DNA of 64,000 bases. Origin: an uncultured delta proteobacterium (GTDB taxonomy: Bacteria; Desulfobacterota; WTBG01). The stretch spans positions 64,001-128,000 of the forward strand of contig CAWCBP010000008.1 of assembly GCA_963793865.1 (NCBI GenBank), given 5' to 3'. The translations under genes and the position numbers were made by a program. This document shows, piece after piece, positions 26,727 to 36,393 of this stretch. Position 1 is the stretch's first letter, and each line of letters begins with the position of its first letter. Below the pieces are notes generated by a model. The model was not told the DNA's origin. It ran no database searches and saw nothing but the letters and a program-made list of their open reading frames with translations.

Positions 26727-28256
26727 TCACTGCCTGTAGTCCGAAGGCTTTATCTCCAGTTTTTTCATTTTATACTGCAGGGTCGAGCGCTTCATGCCCA
26801 GCTGATGTGCCGCTCCTGAAGGGCCGGCAATGCGCCCTCCTGTTTTTTGCAGCACCTTTTCTATGTGCTTTTTTTCCGCCTCCGCCAGCGTCCGAACTTC
26901 GCTTTCCTGCCCCGGGGACCCGCTCAAAATGTTTTTGATGTCCTGGCCGGTCACCGTCTGCCCGGACTTCAGAATGATGATGCGCTCAATGAAATTCTGC
27001 AGCTCGCGCACGTTGCCGGGCCAGCTGTAGCCCATGAGCATGTCCGTTGCATCCGGCTGCATGTGCGGCCGGGTCCGGTCCAGCTTTTTACAGAAGGCTT
27101 CACCAAAGTAGCGTCCAAGCACCGGGATGTCCTCCGCCCGCTCCCGGAGAGGAGGAACGCGTATGGGGAAAATATTGAGCCGGAAAAAAAGATCATCGCG
27201 GAACTGCCGTTCCTCAACCAGCTTTTTTAAGTTCTTGTTGGTGGCGGCGATGATCCGCACATCCGTCTTTATCGGCTGCACCCCGCCCACCCGCTCGAAA
27301 ATGCCTTCCTGCAGCACCTGCAGGAGCTTGGCCTGCGTATTTAAGGGGAGCTCGCCGATTTCATCCATAAACAGGGTGCTGTTGTTCGCTATTTCAAAGC
27401 GCCCGATTTTCCGTGCCGCCGCCCCGGTAAATGCCCCGCGCTCATGGCCGAAGAGCTCACTTTCTATCAGGGTCGGAACCAGCGCCGCGCAGTTAACCTT
27501 GATGAATGTTGTGCCCTTCCGCCGGCCGAGATTATGAATGGTCCGGGCGATAAGCTCTTTGCCGGTGCCGGTTTCTCCGGTAATTAAAACGGTGGTATCG
27601 GTTTGGGCAACATTTCTGACGGTATCCATAAGCTGCTGCATGACAGCTGATTTATAGACTATTTCGCGAGGCTCATCCAGCGACTCTATCTCCTTTTTAA
27701 GATAGGCTTTTTCCTCCGCCAGGCTGTCGGTCAGCTGCTCGAGCCTTTCATACGCCAGCATGTTGTCAATGGCAAGAGCGATCTGCTGGGAAACCTTTTC
27801 CACCAGGTCAATCTCTTCCCCGGCAAGGGGGAAAGCGTTTTTATAAAAGAGTTGCATGGTACCGATCGGCTGGCCGCGCATCAGAAGGGGGGTGCAGATA
27901 AAAGACCGCAGCCCGACAGCATTAAGCATTGGTGCCTCGGGCAACAGCGGCTGCTTCACAATATCGACAATGATGGTTTTCCTTTCCTGCAGGACCCGGG
28001 CAGGTATTTCCGCCCCACGGGGCGCCAGGGTGTTGTCTTTGAGCATGGGCATGTTGATGCCCAGCGCGGGAGAAAAGTAGTCCCAGCTGGTGATCCCGCC
28101 CGTGCGCTTTATAATAATGCTGATGCGATCAAACTTGAGCAGCGGCTGCAGCACGTTGGCAATCTCCTTAAACAGGCCGCCGCGGGTGCGCTGATGGATG
28201 ATGGTATTGGTGATCTTCAGTATGGTTTGATACGTATCCGGTGGGTTGGCTGACAT
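26727..28256 (-). CDS. sigma54-dependent activator, GAF-AAA-HTH (FhlA-like)
   Basis: GETGTGKE, ESELFGHERGAFTGA, WPGNVREL, C-terminal HTH. Confidence 0.93.
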   Translation of the reverse strand: MSANPPDTYQTILKITNTIIHQRTRGGLFKEIANVLQPLLKFDRISIIIKRTGGITSWDYFSPALGINMPMLKDNTLAPRGAEIPARVLQERKTIIVDIVKQPLLPEAPMLNAVGLRSFICTPLLMRGQPIGTMQLFYKNAFPLAGEEIDLVEKVSQQIALAIDNMLAYERLEQLTDSLAEEKAYLKKEIESLDEPREIVYKSAVMQQLMDTVRNVAQTDTTVLITGETGTGKELIARTIHNLGRRKGTTFIKVNCAALVPTLIESELFGHERGAFTGAAARKIGRFEIANNSTLFMDEIGELPLNTQAKLLQVLQEGIFERVGGVQPIKTDVRIIAATNKNLKKLVEERQFRDDLFFRLNIFPIRVPPLRERAEDIPVLGRYFGEAFCKKLDRTRPHMQPDATDMLMGYSWPGNVRELQNFIERIIILKSGQTVTGQDIKNILSGSPGQESEVRTLAEAEKKHIEKVLQKTGGRIAGPSGAAHQLGMKRSTLQYKMKKLEIKPSDYRQ

Positions 28257-28411
28257 ATCCCTGTACCTCCCTGCCATGTGCTTCTTATTGCATGCTGCAC
28301 CCGGAAAGACAAGCATTAAATGTATTTTTTGCCCAATAGTCAGCACTTCTGCCAACCGGCAATCAGATTTTCCTGTGATTGATGCAGGCGGCTAAGAATA
28401 TGTTTATTTAA

Positions 28412-28456
28412 AATCAAACAGTTAAAAACAATTTCCCGCTTGGCACCATACTTGAA
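28412..28456 (+). promoter_or_regulatory. IHF site and sigma54 -24/-12 promoter of the Mo-hydroxylase operon
   Basis: AATCAA-ACAG-TTA (WATCAAN4TTR) at 28412; TGGCAC-N5-TTGA at 28441; divergent activator gene. Confidence 0.7.
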
Positions 28457-28635
28457 ATACCTCTTTACGCTGAAGCAGTTGACCCATGGACGTAACCCAT
28501 GGAGCAACTTTATGAATAATAAAAAGTCATCTTGTTAATTAACAGCAATCTCACAAAAGGAGGTGCCAATTCGCTCAATCAGAAGGGAATGAAAGCGCGG
28601 AAGGTAAACACCATTTAATTTAAAGGAGATTGTTT

Positions 28636-29502
28636 ATGGAGAACAGTAGAATTCTGCCGGAATTTGACCTGCTATTGCCTGCCAGTGTTGCCGAGGCGGT
28701 CAAAATGCTCTCGGTGCATAAGGACAAAGCATCCATCATGGCCGGCGGGACGGATATCATTGTTTCCGCCACCCAGGGATTTGCTACGCCGTATGTCATC
28801 AGCCTGGCAAAGATTAAAGATCTTGACTTCATTGACTATGACGATGCGAAAGGCCTGCGGATCGGTCCCATGACCACGTTGCAGAAAATTGCTGACAGCC
28901 CGATTATACAGAAAAAGTACCCGGCCCTGAGCAAGTCAGCCGCCACAAATGGTACGCCCCAGACGCGTAACCTGGGAACGGTGGTCGGCAATATTCTGCG
29001 CGCCTCACCCTCGGGTGACTGTGCCTGCGCGGTCCTTGCCCTCGGGGGAACGCTGGTGCTGCAGAGCGCTGCCGGCACGCGCGAAGTGAGCGTTGATGAG
29101 TTTTTTATCGGATACAAGAAGACGGCAAGAAAAGCGGATGAGCTCGCGGTTGAGCTTAAGCTTCCGCCGCCGGCTACAGCGTCGACATCAGCCTTTAACC
29201 GCATCACCCGCACCACCCTTGACCTTTCCAAGGTAAACTGCGCTGTTTCACTGCAGATGAACGGCAAGACCTGCACACAGGCCCGGATCGCCATGGGAGC
29301 TGTGGCGCCGACCACCCTGCGCCTGAAAAAAAGCGAAGAGCTGCTGAAAGGGCAGAAGATAACTGATGAGCTTCTCAAGAAGGTAGCCGCATCGGTTGCG
29401 GGCCAGATTGTTCCGATTGATGATGTCCGGTCAACCGCGGAATACCGTAAAGACGTATCCGGCGTCATTCTGAAGCGTACCATTCAGGCAGCGCTCGCAT
29501 AA
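28636..29502 (+). CDS. Xanthine dehydrogenase-family FAD subunit (CoxM-like)
   Basis: AGGTD, RNLGTVVGN, DVRSTAEYR. Confidence 0.92.
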   Translation: MENSRILPEFDLLLPASVAEAVKMLSVHKDKASIMAGGTDIIVSATQGFATPYVISLAKIKDLDFIDYDDAKGLRIGPMTTLQKIADSPIIQKKYPALSKSAATNGTPQTRNLGTVVGNILRASPSGDCACAVLALGGTLVLQSAAGTREVSVDEFFIGYKKTARKADELAVELKLPPPATASTSAFNRITRTTLDLSKVNCAVSLQMNGKTCTQARIAMGAVAPTTLRLKKSEELLKGQKITDELLKKVAASVAGQIVPIDDVRSTAEYRKDVSGVILKRTIQAALA

Positions 29503-29528
29503 TAATAAAGCAAAAGGAGAAAAACATT

Positions 29529-30029
29529 ATGACCAAACACCCCATCACCCTGTATATCAACGGGCAGGAATTCAATGTTTTTGTGTCCGGCCATCACACG
29601 CTTGTGCAGGTCATTCGCGATCAGCTCAATTTGACGGAGGTGAAAGTCTGCTGCGGCCGCGGCGAATGCGGCGCCTGCTCGGTTTTGGTTGATGATCCAG
29701 ACGAGCCCTCAGGCCGCAAGGTCATTGATGCCTGTCTGGTGCTTGCCGCCGCCTATGACGGCAGAAAAATCACCACCTCATTCGGTCTTGCCAAAGACGG
29801 CGTGTTGAATCCCGTACAGCAGGCCTTTGTGGAAGAAAGCGCCGTTCAGTGCGGGTTTTGCACCCCGGGCATGGTGGTTAAGGGCACGGCGATACTTGAG
29901 AGAAACCCCACGGCTACCGAGGATGAGATCCGCTTCGGTCTGGAAGGCAATATCTGCCGCTGCACCGGTTATGTGAAAATAGTTGATGCCGTTCAGAAAG
30001 CCAGGGACGCAATGTCCGCAAACAAATAA
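29529..30029 (+). CDS. Xanthine dehydrogenase-family 2Fe-2S subunit (CoxS-like)
   Basis: CGRGECGAC, QCGFCTPG, GNICRCTGY. Confidence 0.95.
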   Translation: MTKHPITLYINGQEFNVFVSGHHTLVQVIRDQLNLTEVKVCCGRGECGACSVLVDDPDEPSGRKVIDACLVLAAAYDGRKITTSFGLAKDGVLNPVQQAFVEESAVQCGFCTPGMVVKGTAILERNPTATEDEIRFGLEGNICRCTGYVKIVDAVQKARDAMSANK

Positions 30030-30046
30030 GCATGGAGGTAGCACAA

Positions 30047-32459
30047 ATGGGTACATGTGGAAGCACATGCGGGAGTTCAAATGCTGTTGTGGGGAAAAGA
30101 ATCCCCAAGGTGGATTCGCGCGAGAAGGTCCTCGGCAAGGCTGAATATGCCAGCGATCTGCGCATGAAGGATATGCTGTACGGAAAAATTGTTCGTTGCT
30201 GGGACTATGCTCATGCGAAAGTGAAGAGCATCGATTTTTCCGAAGCCCGGAAGGTGCCCGGGGTGGTGAAATGCCTCGGCCCGAATGATGTCACCAAGAA
30301 GGGCTATAACTCAACGGTTATGAAGCTGTTTGTGCCCGAGGCTTTTTGCGAGGTCTTCGGCGAAATTTCCGAGATGCATATTTTCACCGACCATGTGAAG
30401 TATCAGGGCGACGGCGTATGCGGCATTATCGCCGAGAGCGAAGAGGCCGCTGCGCGGGCCGCTGAAAAAGTTAAAATTGAGTATGAGCCGCTGCCGGTCT
30501 ACCGGACCATCGAGGAGTCGCGCAAGCCCGATGCCGTTCAGTTTACGCCCCTCAAGCCCGGCAACCTGGCAGGCGAGTTCGACGAACGGGCGTTTCCCCA
30601 ATAAGCAATATGGCTGGCCTGATGCGAAGACCGGCAAATGGGGAGAGGAGCTTGAGGCTGAGTGCGATCTGGTGCTCAAAGAGACTTTCTATGTGCCCAA
30701 GCAGAAGCAATGCCAGATGGAAAACCACTGCGCCGTGGCGCTCTATGATGAGCGCGGCCGGTTGAACTGCTGGTCTTCAACCCAGATGCCCAAGCCCGTG
30801 CAGACCCTGCTTGCGGAGCTGTTCGATCTGCCCATGTCCCGCGTGCGCTATATTCAGACCACGGTCGGCGGCGGTTTCGGCGGCCGCCTGGGCATGGTCA
30901 TCGAGCCCCAGGCCTGCGCCCTGGCCATGGCTGTTCCCGGACGTCCGGTCAGGGTTGAATTCCTGCGCGAGGAAGACTGGCTTGCTTCCGAAACCCGCTG
31001 GAACGGCGATTTTGACATGAAGATGGGTTTCAAGAAGGACGGCACCCCGGTTTTTGTGCAGGCTGCTATCCGCGCCAGAAAGGGCGGCTATTATACCCAT
31101 GGTAATGGCGCGGTTTTTTGCGCAGCCGCATTCATCCACGGCATGTACAAGTGGCAGACCATGGCGTGCACGGGCGAAAGCTATTTTACCAATGGGGCGC
31201 CCTGCGGCGCTTTCCGCGGCTACGGCAATCCGCAGACCACCTTCTGCCAGGAGCAGATGATTGAAATGGCCTGTGAAAAGCTCGGTATCGATTCCATCGA
31301 ATGGCGCAGAAAATGGCATAAGTCGATCGGCGATGAGACATGGCTGAAAGGCGTCTGCTTTGCCTCCGACGGTCTTAATGACTGCATTGAGACGGCAGCC
31401 AGGTATTTCAACTATGAAGAAAAGAAAAAGAAATACGCCAAGCCCCAGAAAGGCCCGATCCGCCGAGGCATGGGCATGGCCGTCATGGAGCATACCTCCG
31501 GCGCATTTCCCATGCTGCTTGAGCATACCGTCTGCACGGTGCGCCTGAATGAAGACTGCTCGGTCGAAGTTATGCAGTCCGTATCCGATTTGGGCACGGG
31601 CGGCCATACCGCCATCACCCAGATGGCGGCCGATACTCTCGGTTTCCCCATGGAGGATGTCCATCTGCGCAGCGGCGATTCAGACCTGAACGGCTTTGAT
31701 ATCGGCGCGCATGCCAGCCGGACGGTGTACTGCGGCGGTCCCGCCACCATCGAGGCCTGCGAAAGCGTGAAGCGGCAGCTCCTGGAGCGGGCGGCGGTGC
31801 TGCTTGAAGCGAATGTGGCTGATCTTGAAATGGACGGCAATAAGATCATTTCAGTGAAGGGGAATCCCCAGAAATCAGTTGACGCCCGGATTATCGCCAA
31901 GCAGGGAGTCGCCAATTACATTGATCTGAATACCGGCAAGCCTATCGGCACCCCCGGCCAGATCCAGGGCTATTCGAGCTTCTTTGCCAAGCATTGCTCG
32001 CCGCCCTATGGCGCCTGCTTTGCGGAGGTTGAAGTCGACACCGAAACCGGCCAGGTCAGGGTGCTTGAGCTGGTGAACAGCCATGATATCGGCAAGGCGA
32101 TTCATCCGCCCTCGGTTGAAGGCCAGCTTGAAGGCGGCGCACAGCAGGGCCTCGGCTTCCTTCTCTGGGAAGATATTTATTATGATGAACAAGGCAAGGT
32201 CCTGAACAATGATTTCACCGATTATAAAATGCTCGGGCCCTCGGACATGCCCAAGGCCAAGATCCTGCTGGTTGAATCAGCTCCCGATCCCATTGCACCC
32301 ATGGGCGCCAAGAGCTGCGGCGAATCAGCGCTGATGGGCCCCATCGGCTCGGTTGCCAATGCGATTTATAATACGATCGGCATTCGTTTCAAGGAAGCCC
32401 CGGTCACGCCGGAGAGAGTGCTGAAGGCCATAAAGGAGAGCGGCAGAAAATTTGATTAA
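30047..32459 (+). CDS. Xanthine dehydrogenase-family molybdopterin subunit, split by a +1 frameshift near 30596-30599
   Basis: ORFs 30032-30604 and 30477-32459 join if one C is removed from TTTCCCCAAT; GGGFGG, AFRGYG, GAHASR, AKSCGE motifs. Confidence 0.88.
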
Positions 32460-32477
32460 GGACTTTCTGCAGGTGAT

Positions 32478-32519
32478 TAAGGGCCGCTTTCCTGATTCAG
32501 GAGGCGGCCCTTATTTTTT
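32478..32519 (+). terminator. Rho-independent terminator
   Basis: TAAGGGCCGC...GCGGCCCTTA stem plus T tract. Confidence 0.75.
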
Positions 32520-32721
32520 GGGACGGCGGCGTGCAGTGAATCGCATGAGGGAGTTGCGGCCGGCCGGGAAGAAAAAGATGAAACGGGCATTCGCATTGAC
32601 ATCTGATCTGTCACGGTCATATAGTACCGGTGTCCGGGATTAATACCTGTCAGCCGGGCGGGGCGGAAGCATGAGCCGGCATAATGAAAACCATAGCCCA
32701 TCTTCAATGGGAGGGGCAGCG

Positions 32722-33318
32722 ATGAACGTACTTGGTTTTATGGCCAGCCCGAGAAAGGGCGGCAACTCAGATGTGCTGCTGGACCGGTTTTTGGAGGGTG
32801 CGCGCTCCAAAGGAGCTGTGACGGAAAAGATCAATCTCTATGATTGCAGCATAGAGTATTGCCGGGGTTGCCACCTCAAATGCTGGGTTACTGATGACAG
32901 GTGTTCCCGGTGGCAGGATGACATGCACCTGCTCCACGACAAGATGATTGCCAGCGATCTGATGGTTTTTTCCTCGCCGGTCTACATGGGCACGCCCCCG
33001 GCAAAGCTCATTGCATTCTTTGAGCGGAGCATTGACCAGAAAAGGGTCAATCTTCAAACTCTGAAGGTTGAGCAGAACAGCCTGCGCGGCAAGAAAGCGG
33101 TGGTGCTGCAGGTCAATTTCTTCAATGACCCGGCATATCAGCGGCTGCCGCTCTCGGTGTATGAAAGAATACTCGCTGAAATATTCGGGATGACCATCAT
33201 CGGCAGCCTCGGGGTGGAGGGGGTCGCGGAGCCGGGGGATATTGCCGGGAAAAAAGCGGCGCTGCAGGAGGCGTATAACCTGGGTGCCGCACTGTGCGGG
33301 AGCTGCGATAGCCGTTAG
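32722..33318 (+). CDS. Iron-sulfur flavoprotein / flavodoxin-fold FMN reductase
   Basis: SPRKGGNS, CRGC..C...C, DDM, SPVY. Confidence 0.85.
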   Translation: MNVLGFMASPRKGGNSDVLLDRFLEGARSKGAVTEKINLYDCSIEYCRGCHLKCWVTDDRCSRWQDDMHLLHDKMIASDLMVFSSPVYMGTPPAKLIAFFERSIDQKRVNLQTLKVEQNSLRGKKAVVLQVNFFNDPAYQRLPLSVYERILAEIFGMTIIGSLGVEGVAEPGDIAGKKAALQEAYNLGAALCGSCDSR

Positions 33319-33428
33319 CCTTCAGGGCTGAGCCATGTATCGCGCGCAGTTGCATGAGCATTTGTTCGGGTGGGATTTTATAAGCGTTTGGATTGATTGT
33401 ATTGGATGAAAAGATATATTGAGTCAAT

Positions 33429-34343
33429 ATGCATCTAGGAAGGATTGTGAATACACAGAATAACTCGACGCTCGACTTCTTTCCGGGGTTTGAGTCAATC
33501 CGGGTTCGAACAGCGGGTGCCGTGATTAATGGCGTGATCGGAGGAAGCGGCCCGCCGCTGCTGCTGTTGCATGGCTGGCCGCAGTCTCATGTGGAGTGGC
33601 ATCGGGTGGCACCACTGCTGACCGGGGATTTTACTGTCATTGCCACTGATCTGCGCGGCTATGGCGACAGCAGTATCCCGCCGGAAAGCATCAACCATGA
33701 AGGGTATTCAAAAAGGGCGATGGCAGTTGATCAAATTGAAGTGATGCGCAGTCTGGGCTTTGATCGTTTTGCCGTCGTGGGGCATGACCGCGGTGCGCGG
33801 GTCGGGCAGCGCATGGCCCTTGACTATCCGGAGGCGGTAAAAAAACTTATATTAATTGATATTGTCCCTGGATACAAGCTGTATACCGAGGTGACCAAAG
33901 AATTAGCGACTTTTTATTTTCATTGGTTTTTACTGACCCAGTCAGCACCACTGCCAGAAACCCTGCTTGGCAATAATGCGGAGTTTTTCCTGCGCACATG
34001 GGCTTTTAACGGGCTTATCCCTGATGTGATCACGGCTCAAGCTTTTCAAGAGTATCTCAGATGCTTTGCAAATCCTGCGCGGCTCCATGCCATGTGTGAG
34101 GATTACCGGGCCGGTGCAACTGTTGACCTTGAGCATGAAAAGGCCGATCTTGAGAAAAAAATTCAATGCCCTGTTTTAGTTCTCTGGGGAGCAAAAGGCG
34201 CCATGGGGCTTCTCTACAATGTGCTGGCAGAATGGCAGGAGAGGGCTGTTACAGTGCGCGGCAGGGCTTTAGACGGCGGGCATTGGCTGCCCGAACAATT
34301 TCCTGAAGAGGTTTCCGACGAGCTGCGTTCCTTCCTCACGTGA
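33429..34343 (+). CDS. Alpha/beta hydrolase, fluoroacetate/haloacetate dehalogenase family
   Basis: HGWPQ, GHDRGARV (Asp nucleophile), YFHWF, EDYRAG, GHWLPE. Confidence 0.82.
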   Translation: MHLGRIVNTQNNSTLDFFPGFESIRVRTAGAVINGVIGGSGPPLLLLHGWPQSHVEWHRVAPLLTGDFTVIATDLRGYGDSSIPPESINHEGYSKRAMAVDQIEVMRSLGFDRFAVVGHDRGARVGQRMALDYPEAVKKLILIDIVPGYKLYTEVTKELATFYFHWFLLTQSAPLPETLLGNNAEFFLRTWAFNGLIPDVITAQAFQEYLRCFANPARLHAMCEDYRAGATVDLEHEKADLEKKIQCPVLVLWGAKGAMGLLYNVLAEWQERAVTVRGRALDGGHWLPEQFPEEVSDELRSFLT

Positions 34344-34349
34344 CGAAAA

Positions 34350-34695
34350 GGGGGACGCTCTTAAAAAAATAAATAAGTTTTAGTATATCAGCCGATATTG
34401 GTAATTTCGGGTAATTATTTCCTCCCGCTCTATGGCATACCCCAGACCGGGAATGCTCATTTACTCCCCGCGCTAAATCTGCCAGCGGCATACCCAACTC
34501 TCTTACAGCCAATAGCACAGCACACTCTGTGAAATCGTCTTGATCCTGCGTTTCTTTGAATATCTTCCGATCTTCTATCCCCCGAGTCGTCACGTGATGA
34601 ATAACACCCAGAGCATCAAGCAGGGCTAATCGTGGCATGAGCGAACTCATATTTCCCTGACATATTGTCAATTTACATATTTAAGAGCGTCCCCC
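34350..34695 (-). mobile_element. Internally deleted Y1/RAYT-like transposase element with 16-bp terminal inverted repeats
   Basis: GGGGGACGCTCTTAAA (34350) and TTTAAGAGCGTCCCCC (34680); MPRLA..D..GV.HHV..RGIE.RKIF fused to AVRELGM.LADLAR. Confidence 0.75.
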
Positions 34696-34696
34696 C

Positions 34697-35180
34697 TTGT
34701 TTCTATACTCCCGAGGGCGTCATGTTTCCTGTCTCGGCAGTCATGCTGAGAAATGCCGCAGACTATGATGCCTCTCTGGAAGCATTCTCCCGGCAGCTCA
34801 TGCCCCTGGTGGAATATTCCATCGATGAAAACGGCCATATGACCATTCATAACCAAACGGCTCTATGGTATCGCTTTATCGATATGACGCCCCAGGCGGA
34901 GGCGCTATTTCGCTTTATCGATCAGACCATCGATACGGAGCTCGCCGGCGAACTGGCGTTTTTGGCAAACTACGACAAGACGAAAAGAGCCATACAGGAA
35001 ATCGTGGACATGCCGGACCTTCAGATAGATCTTTTCATCCGTTTCTGCCTCCAAAACAACGGCCGGCTTTCAGCTCAAAGACGCGAGAGCCACTTCGATT
35101 TTTTGTCTGATGAGGAAGTAGCCTTGCTCGAACAGGCAGTGCAATCCGCATATGGTAGTGTAACCCTGAACGATGCTTGA
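34697..35180 (+). pseudogene. C-terminal remnant of a Fic-family protein
   Basis: FPVSAVML...YDASLEAFS...IVDMPD..IDLFIRFCLQNNGRLS; 5' part absent at the element boundary. Confidence 0.65.
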
Positions 35181-35221
35181 CAATATGTGCATTAGATTTC
35201 GGCGCGGACACGTAGCCCATG

Positions 35222-35257
35222 ACAAAACCCCGTAGGGATCAACCCACGGGGTCTTGT
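35222..35257 (-). terminator. Rho-independent terminator downstream of a tRNA 3'-end remnant
   Basis: Minus strand CAAGACCCCGTGGG...CCCTACGGGGTTTTGT. Confidence 0.6.
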
Positions 35258-35296
35258 ATTCAATAAGAATCGCTGCAATCAGCGTATTGAATTTTC

Positions 35297-35306
35297 TGGC
35301 TCCCCG
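35297..35306 (-). other. tRNA 3'-end remnant CGGGGAGCCA (putative att core)
   Basis: Complements the acceptor strand TCCCCG of the tRNA exon at 42109; G discriminator plus CCA. Confidence 0.45.
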
Positions 35307-35764
35307 ATTTTAACCCTATTAATATCACTTTCATATTTGGGCGCTAATGACTTACTGGTCGATATTGAAAACCTTTTTTTGTCTCATAAAAAATTGGTTT
35401 ACAAGGTGAGAGTCATTTCATCCAAGAGGTCGATGGTGATGGTTATGAAACTTCATCGGGTTATTTTAGTTAGTATCTGTTCTACGGTGTGACTTGAGTA
35501 TCTTTATGAGATGTGGTTTTAACTCTATGGTATGAAAATACACTTTAGAAATTGGAAGATTTTTGCAGGAATGGTTGAAAATCCCGGTATCGTAGATTTC
35601 AAACCGTAGTAGACACTATTCTTGCTTTCGGAAATTCAGCCCTTCTTTGTAGAACTGAACTTTTGAGAAGAAAACAGGAACTACAGGATATGGTAAGTTT
35701 TAGATGTTGTTTAAGGGAAGAAACAATGGCGTGGATTGCAATAATTCACGCCGCAGTATTAAGA

Positions 35765-36223
35765 TTAAAATCGTGAATGATAGGCATCGGCTATTTTCAC
35801 TTTCATCTCATGGATTGCATCCCAACGAGATTGAGGAAATTCTTTTGAGGAAATTTTAAAATGTTCAGACGACCCTGGTAAGAGATTTATGCATGTATTC
35901 TTGGTTAGTTCATCAAAAAACTTACCATCATCTGTAAAAAATTCAGCTTCAATTACAATATTCTCCCAATTAACTTTTCCACGGTTTTCGATAATTCCAA
36001 AAACCTCGATAGTACCATTGAGGTAATTCTTTTCTATATTGCTTAGGTGTAAGTCAGACCTAAAATCATTTTTATCTTCCAATAATTTGTCTATTATAAT
36101 AAGCATAGCTCCAAAAATTAACCCCGAAAGTATAATCCACACCCATTGTTTCTTATTATAATACAAGTTCAATTTGGACACTTCCGCACCACAATTTGAA
36201 CACTTTAATTGTGCTTTCATCAT
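35765..36223 (-). CDS. Zn-ribbon/TM/FxLYD-like domain protein (low GC)
   Basis: CSNCG, TM helix, G.IENRG...AEFFTDDG...LLPG. Confidence 0.6.
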   Translation of the reverse strand: MMKAQLKCSNCGAEVSKLNLYYNKKQWVWIILSGLIFGAMLIIIDKLLEDKNDFRSDLHLSNIEKNYLNGTIEVFGIIENRGKVNWENIVIEAEFFTDDGKFFDELTKNTCINLLPGSSEHFKISSKEFPQSRWDAIHEMKVKIADAYHSRF

Positions 36224-36393
36224 TTATTCTCCCCATGAAGTATTTCAAAAACTTATCGGTTCAAACGTACTTGTGCTTAGAACAAAAATGATGACGTATA
36301 ATTTAATATTTTACGTCATATTGAATTAATGTTGAACCTTGAGGTTCCAACCGTCAGGTGGGTCGAATGGTTAAGCAAAATCTGTTTAAATTT

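Noticed and set aside
28482..28503. ACCCATGGA direct repeat as an operator
   Set aside because: Only two short copies, downstream of the sigma54 promoter; insufficient support.
30590..30610. Selenocysteine or pyrrolysine readthrough explaining the split Mo subunit
   Set aside because: The stop is TAA and the continuation is in a different frame.
28636..32459. Aerobic CO dehydrogenase
   Set aside because: Active-site loop is AFRGYG, not VAYRCSFR.
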